This document shows positions 50,522-60,667 of a DNA stretch of 64,000 bases, piece by piece. A program made the translations under genes and the position numbers. The DNA comes from an uncultured cyanobacterium (lineage in GTDB: Bacteria; Cyanobacteriota; Cyanobacteriia; Cyanobacteriales; Nostocaceae). Each line of letters starts with the position of its first letter. Within the stretch, counting starts at the first letter, position 1. The notes under the pieces are model-generated. The model saw only the letters and a program-made list of their open reading frames with translations. It did not search any database and had not been told where the DNA came from. The stretch spans positions 288,001 to 352,000 of the forward strand of contig CAVUDP010000003.1 of the NCBI GenBank assembly GCA_963740315.1, given 5' to 3'.

Positions 50522-51681
50522 CAAAACAAATTCTACTTTCCACGCCCCATATGGGGGAGCAAGAATTAAAATTCGTCCAAGAAGCTTTTGACACTAATTG
50601 GATAGCGCCTGTAGGACCTCATATAAATGCCTTTGAAGAAGAATTTTGCCAGCTGACTGGTGCGGGTTATGCAGCGGCTGTAACTTCTGGTACTGCTGCG
50701 ATTCATTTGGCTTTGCGATTGCTCAACGTCGAACGAGGAGACGAAATCTTTTGTTCGACTTTAACTTTTATCGCTAGCGCCAATCCCATTATCTATCAAG
50801 GTGCGAAGCCAGTTTTCATTGATAGCGATCGCACTTCTTGGAACATGAATCCCGATCTATTACAGGAAGCGCTACAAAAGCGTGCCAACATCGGTAAACT
50901 ACCCAAAGCAGTAATGTTGGTGCATCTTTACGGACAATGTGCCGATATCGATCCGATTGTGAAAATTTGCCAAAAGTATAATGTCCCTTTAATAGAAGAT
51001 GCTGCTGAAGCCTTGGGAGCGAGTTATAAAGGGCGTTGTCCGGGGACATTTGGAACCATCGGAATTTACTCATTTAATGGTAATAAAATTATCACAACTT
51101 CCGGTGGTGGAATGTTAGTTTCGGATGACAAAGAACTAGTTGAAAAAGCGCGTTTTTTAGCTACTCAAGCGAGAGATCCGGCTCCTCATTATCAGCATTC
51201 GGAGATTGGTTACAATTACCGACTAAGTAACATTTTAGCTGGCGTTGGTAGAGGTCAGCTACAGGTTTTGAGCGAGCGAGTTGAAGCCCGAAGACGTAAC
51301 TTTGAAATTTACGAAAAAGCTTTAGGTCATCTTCCCGGAATTGAATTTATGCCGGAAGCTGATTTTGGACGTGCTACTCGCTGGCTAACTTGCTTAACAA
51401 TCGATCCGCAAGCTTTTGGTGCGGATAGAGAAGAACTACGTCTTAAGTTAGCAGAAAGGAAAATAGAATCTCGTCCTGTATGGAAACCATTGCATATGCA
51501 GCCAGTATTTACAGGATGCGAAAGTATTGGCGGTGCGATCGCAGAAGACTTATTTGCACGGGGATTGTGCTTACCTTCTGGATCTAACCTTACAGACGAA
51601 GACTTAGAGCGGGTGATTGAAGGCATCAGGGCAGTTCATCACGGGAAAAAAACTAGTGCCAGCAGCTTATTTGTGGTATAA
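50518..51681 (+). CDS. DegT/DnrJ/EryC1/StrS PLP sugar aminotransferase (PglE/EpsN-like)
   Basis: TNWIAPVGP, SGTAAIHLAL, EDAAEALG, SFNGNKIITTSGGG, GYNYRLSN. Confidence 0.94.
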   Translation: MTKQILLSTPHMGEQELKFVQEAFDTNWIAPVGPHINAFEEEFCQLTGAGYAAAVTSGTAAIHLALRLLNVERGDEIFCSTLTFIASANPIIYQGAKPVFIDSDRTSWNMNPDLLQEALQKRANIGKLPKAVMLVHLYGQCADIDPIVKICQKYNVPLIEDAAEALGASYKGRCPGTFGTIGIYSFNGNKIITTSGGGMLVSDDKELVEKARFLATQARDPAPHYQHSEIGYNYRLSNILAGVGRGQLQVLSERVEARRRNFEIYEKALGHLPGIEFMPEADFGRATRWLTCLTIDPQAFGADREELRLKLAERKIESRPVWKPLHMQPVFTGCESIGGAIAEDLFARGLCLPSGSNLTDEDLERVIEGIRAVHHGKKTSASSLFVV

Positions 51682-51915
51682 GAGCAAATTTACCTAAGAA
51701 GCCACATATCATATATCATATTTCTATAGCCAAAAAATAATACTTTTTTGATTCAATGCATCTAAGTTCAAATATATTTAAAATCATTTGCAGTTAATAC
51801 GTATGGGATCTATTCTCCCGCTGCTCCACCTATATCAAAACCAAAACAATCAACTTAGATGCGCTCTAGCCGATCGCACGTTAAAAGCTAAAAAGTAAAG
51901 TAAAAAAATATATTT

Positions 51916-54102
51916 ATGGAATCTCAAGAATCTAGCTTATCGCTCGATAAGTATTGGCAAGTCTTAAAACGTCGCTGGGTACCCGGTTTAGCTGTGTTTT
52001 TCCCAGTTTTTCTGCTTTCGTTATTGTCATCCTCTTTAAAAAAGCCTACTTATGTTGCGGAAGGAAAATTACTGTTTCAAAGAACAAACGCCACTTCTTC
52101 CCTGACAGAATTCGGAACCAATATTGGTAAATTAGAGTCTGTAGCTCAGGATAATACATCGAGTCCCCTACAGACAGAAGCTGAAATTATACGTTCGGTT
52201 CCAGTGGTACAGAAGACGATCGAACAGCTAAACCTTCAAGATAGCGATGGAACTCTTCTAGAATACAATGACTTTCTAGAAAATTTAACCGTAAGCGACA
52301 TCAAAAAGACAGATGTTTTAACAGTTAGCTATAAAGATTCCGAGCCGATTCAAGCTGCAAAAGTTGTGAATACTTTGATGGCAGCTTACTTAGAACATAA
52401 CGTATCTGCTCGTAGAAAAGCCGCCACAGCAGCTAGAGAATTTATAGAAAGACAGCTTCCTAAAGCAGAAGCAGTTGTAAGTAAAGCAGAAGCAGAATTA
52501 GCAAATTTCAAAGAAAAGAATAAAGTCTATGCTTTGCAAGAAGAAGCAAGCAAATCGATAGAAATATTAACAAACTTACAAAGTCAATCGGGTGATATCA
52601 AAGCTAAATTAGCCGATATTAGCGCTCGAAGTCAAAAAATCCGCCAACAGTTGGATGCAAACCCCCAACAAGCCCTTAATATAACTTCTTTAAATCAGAA
52701 TGCTGGGGTACAGGATATTCTTAAGGAAGTGCAGCTCTTAGAGGCACAGTTAACGTCAAGACGTACAGTTCTCACAAATACCCATCCAGAAATAATTGGT
52801 TTAGAAAGCAAATATAATGCTTTAAAAAGATTGCTGCAAGATAGAATTCGTCAAACAGTGGGTACCAACGGACAAGAATTAAATGGACAATTACAAGTAG
52901 GAGAATTCAAACAACAGCTTGCAGCTGAATTAGTCAATTTAGAATCAACTTCTTTAGGTTTAGCCAATCAACTTTCAGTAGTCTCAAAATTACAAACAGC
53001 TTACAAGGAAAGACTGGAAAAGCTGCCAAAACTAGAGCTACAACAGCGGGAGTTAGATCGCAAAGTAGAAGCCGCACAATCAACTTATTCGCTGTTATTG
53101 AAAAAGTTACAAGAAACTACCATTGCAGAAAACCAGAATATTGGTAATGCTAGCGAGGTTTCTGAAGCTTTAGTTCCTCAAGAACCTGTTTCTTCCCCAT
53201 TAATAAACTATCTATCAGCTAGCTTATTGGGAATGTTGGTTTCCTTAGCAACTATGTATCTTTTAGAATCGCAAGATAAATCTATTAAGACTATAGAAGA
53301 AGCTAAAGAATTAACAGGATTAACTTTATTAGGAGTCATTCCCGACTTTAGCAAGCCCAAGAAATCCTTTATAGGCAAACAGGATAGCGAGGCTGCATAT
53401 CCTACCTTAATGGTGCGTGATGCTCCTCGTTCCCCGATCAGCGAAGCTTTCAGGATGCTGCGAGCGAACTTAAAATTTATGAGTGCGGACAAAGAATTAA
53501 AAGTTATAGTTGTTACCAGTTCCGTACCTCAAGAAGGTAAATCCACGGTAGCCGCCAACTTAGCGACTTCGATGGCGCAAATGGAGCGCAGAGTATTATT
53601 AATAGATGGAGACTTGCACCGTCCATCTCAACATCATATCTGGGAACTACCCAACACAGATGGTTTGAGCAACGTAATTGTGGGACAGGTTGAAGTGATG
53701 AAAGCCATCAAGAAAGGAATGGATAACTTAGACGTAATGACTTGCGGTGCAGTACCTCCTTCCCCCGCATCTTTATTAGACTCCAAACGCATGGCTTCAT
53801 TAATTGAGAGTTTTAGGTCGTATTACGACTACGTAATTATTGACGCACCCTCATTAAACCTTGCCGCAGACGCTGCAACTTTAGGTCAAATGGCTGACGG
53901 CGTGTTATTAGTAGTACGTCCGGGAGTAGTAGATTCTGTCAACGCCGCCTTTGCTTGCGAGATGTTAGAAAAATCCGGTCAAAACGTTTTAGGGCAAGTA
54001 GTTAATGGAGTCGTGCCCAAGAACGAACGTCATATTAATTACTACTTTGATGCGGAATACCCTGAAGAAAACGTGACTACAGTTGAAGCGGTGAAGGTAT
54101 AA
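51916..54102 (+). CDS. wzc: Wzc/GumC polysaccharide co-polymerase with tyrosine autokinase domain
   Basis: Two TMs flanking a coiled coil; Walker A PQEGKS, DGDLHRP, IIDAP; Tyr-containing C-tail. Confidence 0.92.
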   Translation: MESQESSLSLDKYWQVLKRRWVPGLAVFFPVFLLSLLSSSLKKPTYVAEGKLLFQRTNATSSLTEFGTNIGKLESVAQDNTSSPLQTEAEIIRSVPVVQKTIEQLNLQDSDGTLLEYNDFLENLTVSDIKKTDVLTVSYKDSEPIQAAKVVNTLMAAYLEHNVSARRKAATAAREFIERQLPKAEAVVSKAEAELANFKEKNKVYALQEEASKSIEILTNLQSQSGDIKAKLADISARSQKIRQQLDANPQQALNITSLNQNAGVQDILKEVQLLEAQLTSRRTVLTNTHPEIIGLESKYNALKRLLQDRIRQTVGTNGQELNGQLQVGEFKQQLAAELVNLESTSLGLANQLSVVSKLQTAYKERLEKLPKLELQQRELDRKVEAAQSTYSLLLKKLQETTIAENQNIGNASEVSEALVPQEPVSSPLINYLSASLLGMLVSLATMYLLESQDKSIKTIEEAKELTGLTLLGVIPDFSKPKKSFIGKQDSEAAYPTLMVRDAPRSPISEAFRMLRANLKFMSADKELKVIVVTSSVPQEGKSTVAANLATSMAQMERRVLLIDGDLHRPSQHHIWELPNTDGLSNVIVGQVEVMKAIKKGMDNLDVMTCGAVPPSPASLLDSKRMASLIESFRSYYDYVIIDAPSLNLAADAATLGQMADGVLLVVRPGVVDSVNAAFACEMLEKSGQNVLGQVVNGVVPKNERHINYYFDAEYPEENVTTVEAVKV

Positions 54103-54120
54103 GAATTGAGCATAGGGGAA

Positions 54121-54332
54121 TTGAAAAAGATAATTGTAGGTTGGGTTAAAGACGCGCCGTAACCCAACATCACAGTTTTGGTTCGATCGGATTAATCAAC
54201 ATATACGATCGATTTGTGTTGTTATAGATTACTTTGAAAAAGATAATTGTAGGTTGGGTTAAAGGCGCAGGAGTAATATTGATAGTCGATTTATAGTAGA
54301 GACGCGCCGTAACCCAACATCAAGGTTTTGGT
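54121..54332. repeat. Duplicated REP-containing segment (TTGAAAAAGATAATTGTAGGTTGGGTTAAAG twice; GACGCGCCGTAACCCAACATCA twice)
   Basis: Direct repeats at ~54121 and ~54234; GTAG-type REP hairpins. Confidence 0.75.
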
Positions 54333-54690
54333 TGAAATTCCTAACTTACCCTCCTATTACCTTGTATTTTTACCTCCGAATAACTCCTAAAGCTCGGAAA
54401 ATTTTTAATAGAAATTAAAAGCGGTTAAAAAACTGTATTTTGCTATACCAAAAAAAATATTTTCTATGATCCCCAGGATAGATGACCTTATAAACCAATA
54501 ACCTGTAATTTGTAAATGTAGTTGCTTGATAGTTAATTGTTGACGCGATCGGATAATTTGGATAATACTTCCAAAGATTAACCGGGTGGTTAATTAAATC
54601 TGATACGGCAGAGTAATTTTTCTCTAGCCAATGAAAATCTAAGTCCTAATTTAATCGGGACTTTTTCAATTCCAGAAACATATATAACTT

Positions 54691-55758
54691 ATGAGAATCG
54701 CTCAAGTAGCCCCTTTAAGGGAAAGAGTTCCCCCTCCTTCTTATGGAGGAATAGAGTTAGTAGTTAGTCATTTAACCGATGAATTAGTTCGTCGGGGGCA
54801 TGAAGTGACATTGTTTGCTTCTGGTGATTCAATTACACTTGCTAAGTTGGAAGCTGTTTGCGATCGCGCTTTACGTTTAAACCCAAACGTTTCAAACTAT
54901 GATGCTTACGAACTGCTCGAAATCAGCCAAGTTTACCAGCGAGCGGCGGAATTCGATTTAATTCATTCCCATTTAGGAGTTTTACCTTTGGCAACAGCCC
55001 GATTGGTAACAACACCGACAGTCCATACTTTGCACAATAGCTTTACTCAAGATACTGCCAAGATATACACCCACCATTACAAACAACCATACATCAGTAT
55101 CAGCGATGCCCAGCGTAAGATAGACCTGAACTACGTTGGAACTGTTTATAACGGCATTGATGAAAACAATTATCCATTCATTGCCGAACCTTCCAATCCA
55201 CCCTATCTGGCATTTTTAGGCAGGTTTTCCCCAGAGAAAGGACCCCATCATGCGATCGCGATCGCCAAACAAACGGGTTGGTGTTTGAAAATGGCAGGAA
55301 AGATTGATGAAGTCGATAAGAAATTTTTTGAGGGGGAAATTGCTCCTCATATTGACGGTAAGCAAATTCAATTTTTAGGGGAAGTCAGTCACAATGAAAA
55401 AGCCGAACTTCTGGGGAATGCTGCTATCACTCTCTTCCCGATTACTTGGCAAGAACCTTTTGGCTTAGTCATGATTGAATCAATGGCTACAGGTACTCCG
55501 GTGATTGCAATTAATCTGGGTTCGGTACCCGAAGTTGTCAACCAAGGTGTAACTGGTTTTGTCGCTCAAACCTATGAAGAAATGGCGGCAATGATTCCTA
55601 AAGCCTTAGAACTGAGCCGTCATAGTTGTCGCAAGGATGTAGAAGATAAATTTACCGTCAGCAAAATGGTAGATGGATACGAAGCGGTTTATAGAAAACT
55701 GCTTGAAAATCACCTTCAAAAAAACGGTTTCATTCACTCTACAAAAATCAGATACTAA
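54691..55758 (+). CDS. Glycosyltransferase family 4
   Basis: MRIAQVAP..ERVPPPSYGGIE; GRFSPEKG; EPFGLVMIESMATG. Confidence 0.93.
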   Translation: MRIAQVAPLRERVPPPSYGGIELVVSHLTDELVRRGHEVTLFASGDSITLAKLEAVCDRALRLNPNVSNYDAYELLEISQVYQRAAEFDLIHSHLGVLPLATARLVTTPTVHTLHNSFTQDTAKIYTHHYKQPYISISDAQRKIDLNYVGTVYNGIDENNYPFIAEPSNPPYLAFLGRFSPEKGPHHAIAIAKQTGWCLKMAGKIDEVDKKFFEGEIAPHIDGKQIQFLGEVSHNEKAELLGNAAITLFPITWQEPFGLVMIESMATGTPVIAINLGSVPEVVNQGVTGFVAQTYEEMAAMIPKALELSRHSCRKDVEDKFTVSKMVDGYEAVYRKLLENHLQKNGFIHSTKIRY

Positions 55759-55819
55759 TCCATTAATAAGAGTGTTTCTTAATCAACAATTTCAACTTCT
55801 TTAAAGGAGGACAAGATTC

Positions 55820-56002
55820 GTGAGCATTGGAACTAACAACTGTCCTTGTTGCGGTGGATCTCTGCTGCGCCACGTCCGTCATAGTGAACTATACTGGTTC
55901 TGCCAAAATTGCTGGCAAGAAGTTCCAGTGTTGAGTGCAAACCGCGTTCATTCCGAAGCTAGAACTAAGTCTACTGTTTCTTCTCAAGTCGTCAAATCTT
56001 AG
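55820..56002 (+). CDS. Small zinc-ribbon protein (60 aa)
   Basis: CPCC...WFCQNC; RBS AAGGAGG before GTG. Confidence 0.75.
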   Translation: MSIGTNNCPCCGGSLLRHVRHSELYWFCQNCWQEVPVLSANRVHSEARTKSTVSSQVVKS

Positions 56003-56043
56003 GCTCTAGTTAATCGAGACTGATTTGTTATTAATAAGTTCCC

Positions 56044-56079
56044 GACTCCACCTGATTTTATTGGGTGGAGTTAGTTTTT
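56044..56079 (+). terminator. Rho-independent terminator
   Basis: ACTCCACC...GGTGGAGT stem followed by a T-rich tail. Confidence 0.6.
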
Positions 56080-56152
56080 GGCAGAGCGTTAATTAAATCA
56101 AAAAAAGGGGAATTCTATATGTAGAAACTTTCAAAACTGAAAAAACAGACAA

Positions 56153-56746
56153 ATGCGAAAAAAATCCCTATTGCAAGTTTTAATTTTACCTTTAGCATTT
56201 TTGATATTCGATCGCGGTACGGCTACTGCTTTACCGGGGCAACCAGCGGAAGACGTGGAAACTTGGATTAAAGCACATCCTACATTAACTCCTCGAAGTG
56301 GCGAACGTTTTTTAGTAACGAAAACCGATACCGCAGCTCAAAGATTTAGTTTCCAGGCAATGGTATCACCACCTGGTAGATTAACCTTTACCAACAACCG
56401 CAGCCATATCCGTACCGAACGCATCTCCATGTATGATGCAATTAATGGTATGAGTTTGGATAGATTAAAAGAGTCTTTGCGGATAATTTACGGCTTGGAT
56501 ATTTATCAAGATTATAAAGGCGCTCAAGTCATTTACGAATATCCCAACCAAAGCGCAATTAATGCAGCACGTTTTGCTAAAACTCCCGTTCGAGAAGGTT
56601 TGACAGGAGAATTACGTGTTGGCGATCGCTATGCTTATTGGGTAGAAGTGGCTCAAGGTAAAAACGGTAAAGCTTTTACTGGTCAAATGACAGTTTTTCT
56701 TAAATCCGATCTCGATAAGCTAGAAGAAGAATTGCGAAATCGTTAA
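56153..56746 (+). CDS. Conserved hypothetical secreted protein
   Basis: Signal peptide ending ATA-LPGQ; 197 aa. Confidence 0.82.
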   Translation: MRKKSLLQVLILPLAFLIFDRGTATALPGQPAEDVETWIKAHPTLTPRSGERFLVTKTDTAAQRFSFQAMVSPPGRLTFTNNRSHIRTERISMYDAINGMSLDRLKESLRIIYGLDIYQDYKGAQVIYEYPNQSAINAARFAKTPVREGLTGELRVGDRYAYWVEVAQGKNGKAFTGQMTVFLKSDLDKLEEELRNR

Positions 56747-56753
56747 TTAATTC

Positions 56754-56818
56754 TTAGTTGTTAGTTGTTAGTTGTTAGTTGTTAGTTGTTAGTTGTTAGT
56801 TGTTAGTTTTTAGTTTTT
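56754..56818. repeat. STRR heptamer array (TAGTTGT)
   Basis: Directly visible. Confidence 0.9.
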
Positions 56819-56869
56819 ATTTACTAAGCTAATGTGCAGCTAGATTGTATAAGACTAAAACATCAAATT

Positions 56870-57038
56870 GTAGTGCGGGCATCTTGCCCGCTAGTAAAAT
56901 ACAAACTAAATGTATGCCCGCTAGTAAAATACAAACTAAATGTATGCCCGCTAGTAAAATACAAACTAAATGTATGCCCGCTAGTAAAATACAAACTAAA
57001 TGTATGCCCGCTAGTAAAATACAAACTAAATGTATGCC
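56870..57038. repeat. REP hairpin followed by five exact 30-bp tandem copies (TGCCCGCTAGTAAAATACAAACTAAATGTA)
   Basis: GTAGTGCGGGCATCTTGCCCGCTAG at 56870; units start at 56885, 56915, 56945, 56975, 57005. Confidence 0.92.
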
Positions 57039-57086
57039 AGCTTACTAACAAAATACCACTAACAACTATTTACTACTTATTAACTA

Positions 57087-57437
57087 TTATTGATGAATAT
57101 TATGCCATTCACCAGAAAAAATACTGTCGGTTGCGTTTGCGATTCTGAATAAATCTTCTTTAAACATTGGGGGCCAATTTACACCAGCTTTCAACCCTGC
57201 GGCGTACATTTGTTGGGCTTTTATAGTTAATAAATATAAGGCATAAGCAAGTTCTCTTTCGAGGGTAGTAGCATTTTTGAGAGCTTCAAATACTACCTTT
57301 AATGCCAGTAGAATTGAGGTAATTTGACCGGGTATCGGCGGTTTCCCCTGTCGCATCCGCGTTAATAACGCATCTTCGTTTTCTTCGCTTACTATAGTTT
57401 GGTGTAAAAGGAATTGATAAGCAGTTTCGTAGTTCAT
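57087..57437 (-). CDS. Conserved cyanobacterial hypothetical protein (116 aa)
   Basis: MNYETAYQFL...GKPPIPGQITSILLALK...WPP...IFSGEW. Confidence 0.8.
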   Translation of the reverse strand: MNYETAYQFLLHQTIVSEENEDALLTRMRQGKPPIPGQITSILLALKVVFEALKNATTLERELAYALYLLTIKAQQMYAAGLKAGVNWPPMFKEDLFRIANATDSIFSGEWHNIHQ

Positions 57438-57607
57438 TACGTCGAGCGTATGGTAGATATTGAGCCGAACCAAACAAACACTATAGCAAAGTTAGAAGTT
57501 AAGGTTACGCAGTACGGTGAATTTACAATAACTCTTATTTTACAAAGCTTTTCAAACCTGCTTAAATCTCGATTTTGCAATTATCAACGTAATAGTAGTA
57601 GTTTGAT

Positions 57608-58339
57608 TTATGCTACTAATCCCGAACGTAATGCTCTCACCGCTGCTTGCGTGCGATCGTCGGCACAAAGTTTGTTAAGAATATTGCGAACGTGGGTTTT
57701 AACGGTACCAACTGTGATATAAAGCTGCTCGGCAATCTCTCCGTTGCTTTTTCCAGCTACAATTAATTCAAGTATTTCTAATTCTCTTTGAGTTAAGGGA
57801 TAAGTTTCTAAAACCTGCTCGTATTGGGATGAAAGCGCTTCAATCTTTACTGTCTTTGATTGTGGGGACGTTGAATTGTCGGAAGTTTCCTGTTTTATCT
57901 GCTTTAAGACAATGTTGGCGATCGCCGGATCTATCCAAGAGTTACCCAAGTGAGTTGCATAAATTGCTTCGGTTAGCTTATCAATGCTTGTATCTTTCAT
58001 ATAGTATGAATCGGCTCCAGCAGCAAAAGCAGCCAGCACGGTATCATCCGTGTGATTCATTGTTAAAACTAAAATTTTTGTAGAAGTATCTCCCCTGTGA
58101 CTTTGAGATTCTTTAAACCTGCGAGTCAGTTCAATACCATCAATATCTGGTAAACCAATATCTACAAGTGCTACATCCGGCTTCATACTTTCTAACATTT
58201 TTAGCCCTCTAGTAGCGTTAGCTGCTTCTCCTACTATTTGCAGTTCGCTATTTGCCTGCAATGCAGCTTTTATCCCCATTCTTGTTAGATCGTGGTCTTC
58301 AATTAAAACAATACTGATTTCACTCATCGCTACGCTCAT
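57608..58339 (-). CDS. orrA: NarL/LuxR-family response regulator, OrrA-like
   Basis: Receiver (IEDH, VDIGLPD) plus LuxR HTH (LTQRELEIL...SNGEIAEQLYITVGTVKTHV); divergent from hybrid kinases as in the Anabaena orrA locus; symbol from recall. Confidence 0.65.
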   Translation of the reverse strand: MSVAMSEISIVLIEDHDLTRMGIKAALQANSELQIVGEAANATRGLKMLESMKPDVALVDIGLPDIDGIELTRRFKESQSHRGDTSTKILVLTMNHTDDTVLAAFAAGADSYYMKDTSIDKLTEAIYATHLGNSWIDPAIANIVLKQIKQETSDNSTSPQSKTVKIEALSSQYEQVLETYPLTQRELEILELIVAGKSNGEIAEQLYITVGTVKTHVRNILNKLCADDRTQAAVRALRSGLVA

Positions 58340-59305
58340 ACTGTTATTTTATATATTTGAGAAACTTTTTAGAGGTTGAAGCTTTGATTTCACTGACATT
58401 CAAAACCTAAGATAGATGTTTTGATTAAAATATACATCCATCGATAGAAGTAACTATAAGAATTTCTTTTACTCTTGCGATATATTCAAAAATATAGCTC
58501 TGATGTATAACAATCTGAAAATTATTATAAAATTATCTTTCAACAAAAATCAATTGCCGATCCGTATTTTTTTTTAAATTAATCATCTAATCAGATAAAA
58601 CTATAGCCTTAAATTATAACATATTCGCCAACTCAAACAAAACTTACACTGCTTTAACCGCTAGTTTTAATCAGTTGTTGAAGGCTGTTAATTAAATTTT
58701 TATACTTTTAAGTTAAGATAACTTGTCAATATTCATATAAGTATAGATGTTTTAAGTAAACTCTTACTAGGGACTGACGACGAATAAAAATATATTTGCA
58801 TAAAATAAGCATATATTCACGGTACCGTATAAAAAAGAACTTATAGATAGTAATTACAAAATCTAAATTAATTTATATTGTCGGTTAAATCAGTTCTTTT
58901 AAAGCAAGTGGCACAAAGTTTTATTATCTTGCGTCACTTAATAGGAATAATTTAAGTTAAATAATATACTTTATAAAAATGAAATAAGTTTTGAGGGATA
59001 ATTTGGTATGCGATAGGTAGTATTTATATAATTAATTAATATTGAACTCACAGAAAATTTTTATTTTTTTAGAAAGTTTGAGTGAAAGACTACAAACTAA
59101 ATTGTTTAATTAAGTTTATGCTATAGATATTTATGGCAATTAGTTCTATAAAATTAAAGCTTGGTGTATAGCAAGCAATTAATGCCTACAATTCTGGCAT
59201 CTTGTTAAGTAAATTAACATCCAAAGTTAAAAATTTTTAATAATTACAAAAAATGGTGTTGATTAAGTAATATCTAATAGTTTAGGTAGCTTAAGCCTAA
59301 AAAAA

Positions 59306-60625
59306 ATGATGGATAAGAAGTTGAAAATTCTAATTATCGAAGATGATGTTGAAGTAGATAGGATGGCAATACGTCGTGCTTTCACAAACGCTGGTGCAAA
59401 CACAGAATTGTTAAAAGTAGTTGAAAGCAAGAACGCAGTTAATGCTTTAAAAGATACTTTTTATGACTGCATTTTCTTAGATAATTGCTTATCCGACATT
59501 GAAAGCTTGAGTTTACTAAAAAAACTACGTAGTTTAAAAATTTCAGTTCCCATAGTTGTTCTTATTCAAGACGATCGAGAAATTCACGAAGAATTTATTC
59601 AAGAGCAAGCTACAGATTATGTCTGTAAATCAACATTATCGCCAGAAATTATAAATTTAGTCACACGTAACGCGATCAAAATTTACCAAACTCAAGCACA
59701 ATTAAACGTAGCTAATCAACAGTTAAAAGAGAATAAGAAATTACTCCTGTCTAAAAACCAAACAATTGAGCAACAGCAACAACAAATAGATTCACAAAAT
59801 ATTAAGTTGATTGAAGTATTACGGTTAAAGTCGCAATTTTTAGCAACCATATCTCACGAATTGCGGACTCCGATGAATGCGATTATTGGGTTTTCCCAGT
59901 TATTATTGCGCCCAAAGTGCGGTATAATTTCAAGCCAGCAAAAAGATATGGTAGAACGTATCCTTAATAATGGTAAGAATTTATTGATGTTGGTAAATGA
60001 AGTTTTGGATTTTTCTAAGTTACAAGCGGGAAATTTAGATTTAAAACCAGGGATATTCGATTTAACCCAACTGGTAAATGTTACTGTTGCGGAAATACGT
60101 TCTTTAGCAGAAGCGAAAAAGCTGACTGTAAAGGTTGATATTGAGTTACAGAATCCTACCTTATATAATGACTCGCTGCGCGTGCGACAAATTTTAAATA
60201 AGCTACTTTCAAACGCGGTTAAGTTTACGCGGAATGGAAGTATTCAGCTAAAAATTAAAGAATTAACTCACAATCGTATAGAATTAGCAGTTGAAGATAC
60301 GGGAATTGGTATTGCTGCCGATAATATACAGGATATTTTTGAACCTTTTAGGCAACTCGATCAAGGTACCAATCGTAAGTTTGGGGGTACGGGTTTAGGT
60401 TTACCTATAGTTCAGGCGCTGGTAAATAAAATGGGTGGTAAGATTACTGTTGAAAGCGAATTAGGAAAAGGTTCGCTATTTCGTATAGAATTACCACGGC
60501 AAGTTTTATCTGTTCTAGATACAGATGATGCCGAAACTAATTATGCTCCGTCTAAAAAACTTGTAAATAATAAGAAGCAAGGAGATTATAGACGAGAACT
60601 GCATTCTAAAAAGCAGGGCTTATAG
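59306..60625 (+). CDS. Hybrid sensor kinase (receiver-HisKA-HATPase)
   Basis: N-terminal receiver; SHELRTPMN; SNAVKF; DTGIGI; GTGLGL. Confidence 0.92.
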   Translation: MMDKKLKILIIEDDVEVDRMAIRRAFTNAGANTELLKVVESKNAVNALKDTFYDCIFLDNCLSDIESLSLLKKLRSLKISVPIVVLIQDDREIHEEFIQEQATDYVCKSTLSPEIINLVTRNAIKIYQTQAQLNVANQQLKENKKLLLSKNQTIEQQQQQIDSQNIKLIEVLRLKSQFLATISHELRTPMNAIIGFSQLLLRPKCGIISSQQKDMVERILNNGKNLLMLVNEVLDFSKLQAGNLDLKPGIFDLTQLVNVTVAEIRSLAEAKKLTVKVDIELQNPTLYNDSLRVRQILNKLLSNAVKFTRNGSIQLKIKELTHNRIELAVEDTGIGIAADNIQDIFEPFRQLDQGTNRKFGGTGLGLPIVQALVNKMGGKITVESELGKGSLFRIELPRQVLSVLDTDDAETNYAPSKKLVNNKKQGDYRRELHSKKQGL

Positions 60626-60667
60626 ATAGTTTTTCCGTTAATCCCGTTAATTTTTGTCAAAATTATT

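Noticed and set aside
56885..57034. Possible CRISPR array (30-bp repeats)
   Set aside because: The units are contiguous with no unique spacers and there are no cas genes; it is a tandem repeat.
56834..57148. Overlapping ORFs of 62-104 aa in three frames
   Set aside because: They are translations of the 30-bp tandem repeat.
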